A stretch of 64,000 nucleotides of DNA from NCBI GenBank assembly GCA_965198005.1, contig CBDAOI010000004.1:1600001-1664000 (forward strand), given 5' to 3'. Shown in pieces: positions 18,715 to 28,638 of the stretch. Below the pieces are notes generated by a model. The model did not search any database and was not told the origin of the DNA. It saw nothing but the letters and a program-made list of their open reading frames with translations. Within the stretch, counting starts at the first letter, position 1. Each line of letters begins with the position of its first letter. Made by a program: the position numbers and the translations under genes. The DNA comes from Spirochaetia bacterium (GTDB lineage Bacteria > Spirochaetota > Spirochaetia > SZUA-6 > Bin103).

Positions 18715-19347
18715 CGGCGCCGCCACGTTGGGCAGCACGTGGCGCACCAGCGCTCCCATCCGGGTGCTGCCGGTGGCCGTGGCCGCCTGCAGGTAGTCGT
18801 TCTCCTTGACCGCGATTACCGCGCCTCGGACCAGCCGCGAGGCCACCACGCCGCCCGTGACGCCCAGCACCAGGATGAGCTGCAGCAGGCCCTGTCCGAC
18901 CAGCGACATGATCGTCAGCAACAGGAGCAGACCCGGAAACGCCATCCAGGCGTCGACAAACCGCTGCACCACCAGGTCCAGCTTGGCGCCGAAGAATCCG
19001 GCGGTGCCGCCGATCAGCACCGCAACCAGGACGTTGAGGCTGGTCGCGACCACGCCCACGAGCATGGAAACCCGAGCCCCGTGGATATTGCGGCTCAAGA
19101 AGTCGCGCCCCAACTGATCGGTACCCATCAGATGCTCGGCCGACGGCGGTTTCAGCAGCGCTCTCAGGTGCACTTCATCGAACGGATAGGGGGCCAGCAC
19201 GTCGGCGAAGATCGCCACCAGAATCAAGCCCAACACGACCACGCCGCCAGCGGTGCCGAGCGGCTTCTCGCGCCACAGCCGGAGCAGAAAGTGAACCAGC
19301 CCCGCTGATGGTGTCCTTGCGGCGTCCCCCATGCGCTCGGTCCCCAT
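18715..19347 (-). pseudogene. 3'-truncated oppC
   Basis: Homology ends at RHVLPNVAAP. Confidence 0.88.
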
Positions 19348-19353
19348 ACCTGG

Positions 19354-19885
19354 CTAGGTGTAGCGCGGGTGACGACCGGAATGAGGGCGTTCTTGACGGC
19401 GTGCCGGATGACCACGACCCGCTCCCGCAGTCCTTTCGACCAGGCGGTTCTGATGTAGTCCTGGCGCAGCACCTCCAGCATCATGGTGCGCGTCATGCGC
19501 ATGGTGGCTGCCGACAGCGCCGTCCCCAGGATCAGGCCGGGAATGATGAACATGCCCAGGTGTCCCAGCGGGTCGTCGGAGAACGGAATGAGCTGCATCC
19601 GTGGCGTCCAACCCCACCAGATCACCGGATAGGTCATGAGTCGCCGAGGGTGCCGCGCAGGATAATGCCCTCCAACCAGCGGCCATACTGCACGTGGACC
19701 GGCACGTCCAACCCCAGCTCGTGCAGCAGCGCCTCGCGGTCCAGGCCGAACAGGGCATTGTCAGTCGCCACCATCTGGTCTATTACGTCGCCCGGGATGA
19801 AGCGGGCCGAGAGGAAAACCAGAATGCTCAATATGAAGAGCGTAGGGATGACGAGCAGCAGCCGCCGGATGACGTAGGCTCGCAT
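19354..19885 (-). pseudogene. Internally deleted oppB
   Basis: MRAYVIRR...GDS | YPVIWWGW...IPVVT | RYT*; two large deletions. Confidence 0.88.
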
Positions 19886-19996
19886 AGGCAGTTGAAGGCG
19901 CAGCGATTCCGTCGCAATGAGCGGGAGAGCCGAGCGGCGACGCTCACCTGCGAAGCCTCTCCGCTCTCCCTGCGGCAACCTGCGAGGGAAAAGCCC

Positions 19997-20671
19997 CTAC
20001 TGACCCATTTCTTTCATCAGATCGTGGTCGAACCAGAGGCGGGAGAACACGAGAATACGGTCATCGCCGCCCAAGGTTGCTTCACCGTTATAGCCTATGA
20101 CCCACGGCTGCACTGCGTTGAAGTTTGGAACCACGGGACCCCATATAGTGATGTGGTTCCGTATGTAGTACATATCTGCCGCTTTGACCGCCCTCTGCTG
20201 CTCCTCGACACTGGTAGCGTCTCGGACGGCTTCAAACAGCCGGTCATATTCCGGATCGTTGTAGTGTGGGGGGTTCCATGTTGCCCCCGAGAAATAGTAG
20301 CCAATCGGCTCGACCGGGGCAAGATACTGGACCGCAGCAGCCCAGGAGACCATGTCTCCGTATTGCGCTTCACGAACCATGCCCCCGTAAGCACCCGCCG
20401 GCGGAATGGACACATCCACGTCAACGCCAATTTCCATCCAGTAGCCGGCCACGAGTTCGAAGTAGTCAATGGCAAACTCGAAAGCGGTCATGGTGGCCTT
20501 CAATCGAATGCCGTCCGCGCCGCGCGGATATCCCGCCTCATCCAGGAGCTTCTCAGCTCCTTCCGGGTCATACGTATAGGCCTTCTTGACCTCTTCGGGC
20601 CACTCTCGGAATGGAGTATTGTACCCTACGAGGGCCTCCCCTATCAAACCCTGAGGCTGCCACTTGGACAA
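19997..20671 (-). pseudogene. SBP 3' fragment
   Basis: [24 protein letters not shown]...QPWV.GYNGE...KEMG; N-terminal ~60% missing. Confidence 0.88.
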
Positions 20672-20689
20672 TCCCCGTGTCGCTTGATA

Positions 20690-21177
20690 GCACCTACCAG
20701 TTGAACACGGGTGGCAACACGGATTTCCTCAATATGAAGGCCTTAGACCGCCTGAAGTCCAAGAAAGTCTCCAAGACGGAGTCCGTGCAGTCGCAATTGG
20801 ACGAACGGCTGGATTCTCGGAACATTCATATTGGACCGTCCGACTACGTGCCGTGGCAGGGCGACAACAAGGTTGCCTTCATCCGGATGGAAGGTCGCGG
20901 CTTCGGGGACGTGCCGTTGGAACTCGAACTCAGGCTGTCGGTCCAGGATTCCCCCAACAGCGCCGGCGTGGTCATCGATGCCATCCGTTGCGCCAGACTG
21001 GGGTTGGAGCGCGGCATCGGCGGACCATTGGAGGCGCCTTCCGCCTACTATATGAAAAGCCCTCCGAAACAGATGCGTGATTCGGTGGGCCATGATTTGA
21101 CCGAGGCATTTATTCAAGGTAGTGATGCCGGCGGCACTTCCAGTACGGAGGATGTTCGAACAACCGCCGGTGAATAG
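20690..21177 (+). pseudogene. ino1: myo-inositol-1-phosphate synthase, C-terminal fragment
   Basis: [49 protein letters not shown]. Confidence 0.92.
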
Positions 21178-22044
21178 CCCCGACAGTCAGGCTGCCGATA
21201 ATGGTCCTGGCGGTGCGAACGCTGCGCGGACCGCCGCCTCGCCCTGGACGGAGCGGTTACTTATGCTCCACCGCCAAGTGCGGAGTGCGGTCGCGAACGC
21301 CGACCGCGCTGGAACCGGATCCAGGAACGCGAAGGGCGACGATGTCAAACGCTTCGACCTGGTTGCCGACGACGCGGCTTTAGCTGTCCTCCGGGAACTC
21401 CAGTTGCCGGTCGTCATTGTTTCCGAGGAGGCGAGCCTCTTGAAATCGGTTCCGGCACGCCGCGACCTCGTCTCGTCCTCGATCCAGTGGATGGGTCCGA
21501 CAACTGGGCGCAGGGGTTGCCGCTGTCAGCCTTGTCCTGCGCCGTGCTGCCGGCTGACGCCCCCCTCCACCCCGATTGGGTCGAAGCGGCTCTGGTTGGG
21601 CCGCTCGAGCCGGGCACGCCCCTGATCGCCGTTAAGGGCTCTGGTGCTTGGCGCGGGAAGCAACGCCTCCATACTTTCGGCGTCCGCAACGTCGCCGAGG
21701 CCACGATCTCGGTCGAACTCAATCATCATTCTCCGTCGCCGGGCCTTGCCCGCCTGATGACCGCTGCCAGAGGCGTGCGGTGTTACGGCTGCGCGTCACG
21801 CGCCATCTCCCTGGTCGCCGAGGGCGCGACAGACGCCCATGTGGACGCGCGTGGCCGTCTGACCGCGGAAAGCTACCTCGCCGCCGCTCGGTTGGTGATC
21901 GAGGCGGGGGGCTGGGTTGTCGGCCTCAACGGCGCGCCCTTGGCGGCGCCGGAAAGCTTGACCGACCGCGTCAGCCTGGTCGCCGCGTCGAGCCGGACGC
22001 TGTGCGATGAAATCGTGGAAGTTTTGGGCGATGAACAACACTGA
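21170..22044 (+). pseudogene. Inositol monophosphatase-family gene, frameshifted near 21435
   Basis: FDLVAD, IVSEE in one frame; VLDPVDGSDN, RCYG.AS....VAEG..DA.VD in the next. Confidence 0.85.
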
Positions 22045-23082
22045 CTTGACTACGGCGGCACCGGATATGGCGCTGATCCTGGCTGCCGGATTGGGGTCGC
22101 GGCTTCGACCGCAAACCAAGACACCGAAACCCCTGGCCAGGGTGCTTGGATTGACTCTCGCGGAACGGGTCGTGTGCACAATGTTGGCCGCCGGCATCCG
22201 CCGGTTTCTTGTCATCCTTGGTCATGAGGCCGAAACGGTCAGAGCCCATTTTTCCGATATCGCCCAACGTCGCGGCGTCACGATTGACTTCATCGAAGGC
22301 GAGGCCTGGGAGCGCGGCAATGGCGCCAGTGCCCTGGCGGCCAAGGGTCGCACCGGCGAGGCGCCCTTCTTCCTGGTCATGATCGATCATCTTTTTGATC
22401 CCCGGATCGCGCGTGCACTGGACGACGACCCTCCCGCACCAGGAGAAATGTGCCTCGCGGTGGACCGCGATAAGGATGGCATCTTCGATCTCGACGATGT
22501 CACTCGGGTCAAGATCGACGACGGACGCATTCAAGAGATCGAGAAGACGCTCGATGATTGGGATGCCGGCGACACCGGAGTCATGCTTTGTACGTCCGGC
22601 CTGTTCGAAGGGCTTGAGCGCGCGGCGGCGCGGAACGAGCATGGACTCTCCGACGGGCTCAGGGAACTGGCGCGTGAAGGCCGCGCGAGCACCGTCGATG
22701 TGACGGGAATGCCGTGGCTCGACGTGGATACACCCGAAGCCTTGCGTGAGGCCCAGCGAAGGCTCATGCGCGACCAAGCCGGTAAAACCTGGGACGGACC
22801 GGTGGCGCGCCATTTCAACCGACGGGTTTCCCGCTGGCTCAGCCGCTACCTGGTTGGCACAGCCGTGACGCCCAACCAAATTTCCCTAGCCTCCTGGTTG
22901 CTGTCGTGTATCGCGGCGGGATTGATGGCATTGGGCGGCTATCCGGCCCTGGCCGCCGGTGGCGTGCTCGCACAGCTGGCCTCGGTCGTCGACGGGTGCG
23001 ATGGCGAGATCGCTCGTCTGAAGCACTCGCAGAGCGAGTTTGGCGGCTGGTTCGACGCGGTCCTCGACCGGTATGCCGACGC
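22031..23082 (+). pseudogene. Bifunctional IPCT/DIPPS (NTP transferase + CDP-alcohol phosphotransferase), 3'-truncated
   Basis: LAAGLGSRL...PKPL, GNG.S, WLDVDTPE, then TPNQIS, DGCDGEIAR....S.FG..FD.VLDRY; homology stops at DRYADA. Confidence 0.85.
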
Positions 23083-23486
23083 CCCGCCTGCGTTCCTTAG
23101 CAATGCAGGAGCTACGCTCCTGCGTGACACGGGCGCACGTTGGGCGCGGCCCCCTAAAAAGCGGCCATTCGTCAGGAGATCGGTGGTGGGTTGGCGCCTG
23201 CCAGGATCGCCTCCATCCGCAAGCGGACGCGGCTCAGGGTCGGCTCAGGATGGGTGAGCAGGGTAGAACCGTTCCTCACGGCTGCCATCGACCGCGAGAC
23301 TGGCCACCGCCCCGGGGGAGATACCCTCGACCTGCTGCCGGTCGTAGCGGTGGTGATCCGCGTAACCGCGTATTTACTCGCGGCGTAGGTGGGCGCGCCG
23401 TGGGCAGAAGACGTCCCCGCTACAGTGTGGACAGTGTGGCGACCCGGCTTGACCACTCTGCCCCAGTCTAGTACCAAGGAGTCAAT

Positions 23487-24767
23487 ATGCCAAGAATTAC
23501 AGGACCATCAGAGGGCCCCGTTGCCGTAACTGGCGCTGCCGGCTACATCGGCTCGCACGTCGTGCTCAAGCTCGTCCAGGCCGGCTATGATGTGCGTGCC
23601 TGCGTGCGCAACGCCCTCGACCACGAGAAGGTCGCGCACCTCAATCAGATGAACCACATCGAGGGCTGCGACGGCTCGGTCACCCTCTACGAGGCCGACA
23701 TGACCGTGCAGGGCGCGTACGACGAGCCCTTCAGCGACGCTACCTGCGTCTTCCACGTCGCCGCCGAGATGGGCAACCTGCCGGACTCCACGCCGATGAA
23801 GGTGTACGAAGGGGGCCGCCTGGCCATCGTGCCCGTGATGAACAGCGTCAAGCAGAGCGGCAGCGTGAGGAGGTTCATCTTCACGAGCTCGTTCGCGGCC
23901 GTTGGTCATCGTGGCAGCACACGGCCGTTCACCGAGGACTCATGGGCGTACTTCACCTCGAGCGACGACCACACCCCGCACGAGAACTGGACCATGGATG
24001 TGGTGCGCGTGAACCGGGACGTCGCGTATTCGATGACGAAGGTCGACACGGAGAAGTACTGCTACGAGGAAGGTGAGAAGTCCGGCGGTCAGTTCGATTG
24101 TTTTGGGATCATGCCGTGGACCGTCGTCGGGCCGGTGCTCTGCGCCAGGCACAACATTCAGTTCGGGTGGCAGTCGATGGTCGGCGACCTCATGAACGGC
24201 TTCAGCCACAGAGACATGAACTACAATATCATCGATGTGCGTGACGTGGCGGAGGCGCAGCTCCGCATCGCCGAGAGCGACGCGGTCAGCAATGGCGACC
24301 GCTACAACCTCGTGTGCCATGGCGATGACGGTTTCATCACACTGGCGGAGGTCAAGCAGGTCCTGCAGGCGCATTTTCCGGGGAAGGGCATCGGCACTGG
24401 ACTCCAGCAAAAGAAGAGTGGCGAGTGGGTGGAGTCCACGAACACCGGTGGCACGCCACCCGCAGTCCTCGAGAAGTGCATCACTCAGCTCGGGATGACT
24501 CCCATCCCGCCGGCGCAGTCACTCATCGACAATGCGGAGAGCCTCGTCTCGATGGGCTTGGTCAACCTGCGTGAGGGCGAGGACAATTTCCAAAAGGACA
24601 TCATCTCACCACCCGGCGGCAAGGGGAAGACTTCGGGCGGCCTGGGCATCGAGTCCACCTGGCTTGGTGAGGGATATCCGGCGGGTCTCAACGCGCCGGA
24701 GTTTGAGGAGGGGGCCGGCGAGAGGGAACTCAGCGCAGCGGCGAAGCAGATGGGCGCGAAGCTGTAA
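23487..24767 (+). CDS. NAD-dependent epimerase/reductase (extended SDR, DFR/CCR-like) with C-terminal extension ending AKL
   Basis: VTGAAGYIGS, VFHVA, TSSFAAV, YSMTK, IDVRDVAEA; AAGGAG RBS. Confidence 0.85.
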   Translation: MPRITGPSEGPVAVTGAAGYIGSHVVLKLVQAGYDVRACVRNALDHEKVAHLNQMNHIEGCDGSVTLYEADMTVQGAYDEPFSDATCVFHVAAEMGNLPDSTPMKVYEGGRLAIVPVMNSVKQSGSVRRFIFTSSFAAVGHRGSTRPFTEDSWAYFTSSDDHTPHENWTMDVVRVNRDVAYSMTKVDTEKYCYEEGEKSGGQFDCFGIMPWTVVGPVLCARHNIQFGWQSMVGDLMNGFSHRDMNYNIIDVRDVAEAQLRIAESDAVSNGDRYNLVCHGDDGFITLAEVKQVLQAHFPGKGIGTGLQQKKSGEWVESTNTGGTPPAVLEKCITQLGMTPIPPAQSLIDNAESLVSMGLVNLREGEDNFQKDIISPPGGKGKTSGGLGIESTWLGEGYPAGLNAPEFEEGAGERELSAAAKQMGAKL

Positions 24768-24876
24768 CAGAAACGTGCCCAGGCCCACGCGAGCAGTGGC
24801 CGGTTGGCGGTGACGCGCGCAAGCTCAACGCATTGCAGGGCCGGGCGTGGCAAGGTGCACGAGGCCAAAATCGCTA

Positions 24877-24905
24877 TTGACGTTTCTTGCGCCGCGCCCT
24901 ATACT
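24877..24905 (+). promoter_or_regulatory. Near-consensus sigma70 promoter heading the SBP-2 leader
   Basis: TTGACG-17bp-TATACT, followed by a copy of the repeat unit and C12 (24996-25007). Confidence 0.75.
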
Positions 24906-25194
24906 ACCGGTTCACGACTCGACGGATGCCGATGAAGCGCCATGATGACATTCAGAGTAGTGGCCGGTTGGCGGTGACGCAGCAACCGGTTTACTCCCCC
25001 CCCCCCCGCTAGCCGCCCAGCCAACCGCGCGGCAGCCGAGTGCGCGGCCCCGGTGCTGACTGCGGCACCATCGATCGGTGTGGCGCACACCCGCCACGCC
25101 TCCCTGTCCGGAACGGCAGACCACGTCGGCCGCAGCCTCCACCAGTGCACTGAGCCAGCGTTGCCGGCAACCCCAGCTCGAGCACCCAGCTACA

Positions 25195-25520
25195 GCTCAC
25201 CTTCCGTGACTGCGTTCCCGTGTGGGGTGACCATAGCCGCGCCGCCTGCGGCAGCTCCCGTCCTTGTTCGCGGGCTTTCTCCGTTCATCGTCGGCGCACG
25301 TCCTTGGATTCCCGACACGGCCCGCGGCGCCATCCGCCACCGGCGAAGCTGGGATCTCCCGGCTCCCGCGCAGGGTGCCGTGACGCCTCGCAATATCGGC
25401 GTCCCGGGTGTGGCCGCCCTCGCGAGCGGCGGCGCATGACTCGGGGCCGCCGTGGGTCGCTAACCCTTCGACGTATGACCCTTTCATTCACAACAACCCT
25501 GCCGGTTTTTGCCGGCGCAC
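25195..25520 (-). ncRNA. Internally deleted group II intron 5' remnant
   Basis: Begins GTGCGCCGGCAAAAACCGGC; GAAGGGTTAGCGACCCAC...CCGAGTCATGCG...CGCGAGGG; GGGAGCCGGGAGATCCC; GATGAACG...AAGCCCGCGAACAAGG, colinear with the intact intron at 52225. Confidence 0.75.
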
Positions 25521-25532
25521 AGGAGGTGCAAA

Positions 25533-25568
25533 ATGATACTCAAAGAACCGCACGCGCGCGCAGCGTGA
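25533..25568 (+). CDS. Putative leader peptide MILKEPHARAA (copy 2)
   Basis: AGGAGGTG SD at 25521; TGA lies in a stem. Confidence 0.7.
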   Translation: MILKEPHARAA

Positions 25569-25703
25569 ACCCGCCGAGTCCCACGCCGCGCGCTCTTAGT
25601 GGATTTGACTCGGACTGGCCGCCTGCGTTGCGGGCTGCGAGAGTAGCCAGGGAGCGGCAATCCGCTTCGCAATACTCTTAAAGATCAAGATACGGAGTTA
25701 CGT

Positions 25704-27527
25704 ATGCTAATTGTACACACGAGGACCTTCGCGGTTGCGTTGGTCCTGGTTCTGACCGCAACCGGCCTCTGGGCCGCGGGCGCAGACGAGGAGCCGGCAG
25801 CCGCCGCCGAGAAGGAGATGGTGCTCGATCCGACCACCGGCGAGATGGTGGAGGCGCCGCAGTATGGCGGGACACTAACCTATGGCCTGGTCAGTTGGGC
25901 CGCGAACGTTGATGACTGGTATGGCTACGCGAAGGATAACACCGGTTTGGTTAATGAGCAGCTCGCCATCTGGGACTGGGGAATAGATAGGGACGTCTGG
26001 GACTGGCGGATCTTCGCAGAGACACCTGTATGGGCCATAAACGGGGCACTGGCGGAAAGCTGGGAAACGCCCGACGATACCACCATTATCTTCAACATCC
26101 GCAGGGGCGTTCACTGGCACAACAAGGCGCCGATGAACGGTCGGGAGCTCACTGCCGAGGATGTAGAATACAACTTTCACCGCTATTTTGGGAATAGGTT
26201 GGCAGGGACCGAGTTCAGTGAAGCCGAACCTACCCCAGCGGCACGTAACCTCGTAGCTTTGCCAGTCGAATCGGTAACGGCCACCGACAAGTATACGATG
26301 GTCGTCAAGCTGGAGAAGCCAGACCTCAGCGCCGTGAAACACTTTATCGGCTACGGCTACGGTGGATCGGGTACGGTAATGCCTCCGGAGGTCATCGAGC
26401 AACACGGCGACTATCAGGATTGGCGGAACACGGTCGGCACCGGACCCTATGAGCTGACGGAGGTGGTCGAAGGCAGCTCCAGGACCTGGACCAAGTATCC
26501 TGACTACTGGGGCTTCGACGAAAAATACCCGGACAACCGCCTGCCCTATGCTGACGAGATACGGGCCTTGCGGATGGCGGAGTCAGCAACCCGTCTGGCG
26601 GCTCTGCGCACGGGTAAGATTGATATCCTGGGTCCCGGCGCCAGTACATTGAGGTCGATCGACACGGTAGAGAGCCTCGAGCGGACCGACCCGGAAATCG
26701 AGCTGTGGCCGTTCAAGTTTCGGTCCGACAACCAATTCTATATCGTCCGTATGGACATACCGCCCTTGAATGATATCCGGGTGCGCCAGGCACTGCAGAT
26801 GGCACTGGACCTGGAGACCGTTGTAGCTACCTACTTCAAGGGTCGTGGCGATGCGACTCCGCAGGGACATTTCGCCAATGATGTGCCGGGGATTGGCACG
26901 CCATTTGAGGAGTGGCCCGAAGAGGTCAAGAAAACCTATCGGTATGACCCGGAAGGGGCCGAAGCGTTGCTTGATGCGGCCGGGTATCCGCGCGGCGCCG
27001 ACGGCATCAGGTTCAAGATGGGCATGGCCTACTTTGAACGATACGATGTGAGCTATGCGGAACTGGTCGCCGGATACTGGCGCGAGATTGGCGTGGACAC
27101 GGAGACTGATGTTTTAGCTGGTGGGTCAGCCGAAATAACAATGGTCTATAATGATCCAGATCAGGATACGTACATAATTAGATGGGGGGAAGGGGCCTTC
27201 AGGTATGGTATCCCGGATCGTCTGACATCACAATTTTATAAAGGCAACCTCAGCACCGGCCACTTGAACGACCCCGAATATGACGCCATGGCTGACGCCG
27301 TCATGGCCGCTACCACCCTCGAGGAGATGAATAGGCTGGTAAAAGAAATAAATATGTACATCACGGAACAGCATTTTAAGATATGGGGTCCTGAAACCCC
27401 ACAGTACCAGGCAACGCAGCCGTGGGTCAAAGGTTTTAACGGAGAACTCGGATCTTTTTCCGACGGGTTGAAACACTTAGCCCGCATCTGGATTGACCAG
27501 GAGATGAAGGAAGCAATGGGTTTTTAG
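25704..27527 (+). CDS. Family-5 ABC substrate-binding protein (paralog 2)
   Basis: Same motifs as 6955-8778. Confidence 0.93.
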   Translation: MLIVHTRTFAVALVLVLTATGLWAAGADEEPAAAAEKEMVLDPTTGEMVEAPQYGGTLTYGLVSWAANVDDWYGYAKDNTGLVNEQLAIWDWGIDRDVWDWRIFAETPVWAINGALAESWETPDDTTIIFNIRRGVHWHNKAPMNGRELTAEDVEYNFHRYFGNRLAGTEFSEAEPTPAARNLVALPVESVTATDKYTMVVKLEKPDLSAVKHFIGYGYGGSGTVMPPEVIEQHGDYQDWRNTVGTGPYELTEVVEGSSRTWTKYPDYWGFDEKYPDNRLPYADEIRALRMAESATRLAALRTGKIDILGPGASTLRSIDTVESLERTDPEIELWPFKFRSDNQFYIVRMDIPPLNDIRVRQALQMALDLETVVATYFKGRGDATPQGHFANDVPGIGTPFEEWPEEVKKTYRYDPEGAEALLDAAGYPRGADGIRFKMGMAYFERYDVSYAELVAGYWREIGVDTETDVLAGGSAEITMVYNDPDQDTYIIRWGEGAFRYGIPDRLTSQFYKGNLSTGHLNDPEYDAMADAVMAATTLEEMNRLVKEINMYITEQHFKIWGPETPQYQATQPWVKGFNGELGSFSDGLKHLARIWIDQEMKEAMGF

Positions 27528-27530
27528 GGC

Positions 27531-27582
27531 AAAAAAGGGGGAGCTGGGAGGCGGTCGCCTGCAGGCGCGCCTCCCAGCTCCC
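27531..27582. terminator. Intercistronic hairpin after SBP (homolog at 56662-56700)
   Basis: GGGAGCTGGGAGGCG...CGCCTCCCAGCTCCC preceded by an A-run. Confidence 0.65.
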
Positions 27583-27615
27583 ACAAACGCCGTGTAGAAT
27601 GGCGAGACCTGTCAC

Positions 27616-28629
27616 ATGAGAGCCTATATCATCAGGCGGTTATTGCTTATAATCCCGACCTTGTGGATATTGACCACTCTGGTCTTTCTCTTGGTCCGCT
27701 TCCTCCCGGGCAACGTAGTAGACATGATGGCGCTGAGGATGGAAATCTCAGGGTTCGGGGGAGCGGACACGATTGACCGTGAAGCTATGGAACGTATGCT
27801 GGGACTGGACGTGCCTGCCCACGTGCAGTATGGACGCTGGATGGGAGTGTTGCCGACCCCTGACTGGATTACCGGTGAGTCCCACTTTAGAGGTCTCCTC
27901 CAGGGCACCCTTGGAGAATCACTGATCACCTCGCATTTGACGGTAGAAAAGGAGATATTCGGTAGATTGCCGGTAACCATTCAGCTCGGCATCATGGCGA
28001 TCGTCATCGGGCTCGTGCTAGCGCTGCCCGTCGGCATTTACTCGGCGATTCGCCAGGATACGGCCGCCGACTACCTGGGGCGCACCGCGGCCGTCATCGG
28101 CCTGGCTACGCCGAACTTCTGGCTGGCCCTGATGGTCATGATCTTCCCAGTAATATGGTGGGGCTGGGCGCCCCCTCTGGAATACATTCCTTTCATCGAA
28201 GACCCACTGGGAAGTCTCGCGGGGTTATTCGTTCCCGGCCTGATTCTGGGGACTGCCTCGGCTGCAGCCACCATGCGGATGACCCGCACCATGATGCTGG
28301 AGGTGCTCAGGCAAGACTATATCAGGACCGCCTGGTCCAAGGGTCTCAAGGAGAGGGTCGTTATTATGAGGCACGCTATCAAGAATGCCCTCATACCCGT
28401 GGTTACCCTGATAGGTCTGCAGTTGCCTATCCTGATAGGTGGCTCCGTCATCATAGAGACCATCTTCAACCTGCCCGGGATAGGTCGCCTCGTGGTGTTC
28501 GCCCTCACTGAGAGAGACTACCCGGTGGTCTCCGGAGTAAATCTGTTTTTCGCGACCGGGGTCTTAGGAGTCAATCTAATGATCGATCTGATCTATTTCT
28601 ATTTGGACCCCAGGGTCCGCTACAGTTAG
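27616..28629 (+). CDS. OppB/DppB permease
   Basis: Paralog of 5320-6327. Confidence 0.93.
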   Translation: MRAYIIRRLLLIIPTLWILTTLVFLLVRFLPGNVVDMMALRMEISGFGGADTIDREAMERMLGLDVPAHVQYGRWMGVLPTPDWITGESHFRGLLQGTLGESLITSHLTVEKEIFGRLPVTIQLGIMAIVIGLVLALPVGIYSAIRQDTAADYLGRTAAVIGLATPNFWLALMVMIFPVIWWGWAPPLEYIPFIEDPLGSLAGLFVPGLILGTASAAATMRMTRTMMLEVLRQDYIRTAWSKGLKERVVIMRHAIKNALIPVVTLIGLQLPILIGGSVIIETIFNLPGIGRLVVFALTERDYPVVSGVNLFFATGVLGVNLMIDLIYFYLDPRVRYS

Positions 28630-28638
28630 AGAGGGCTT

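Noticed and set aside
18232-19347. Novel permease-HigB fusion (371 aa)
   Set aside because: Chance in-frame read-through from a truncated oppC; higB has its own promoter and GTG at 18522
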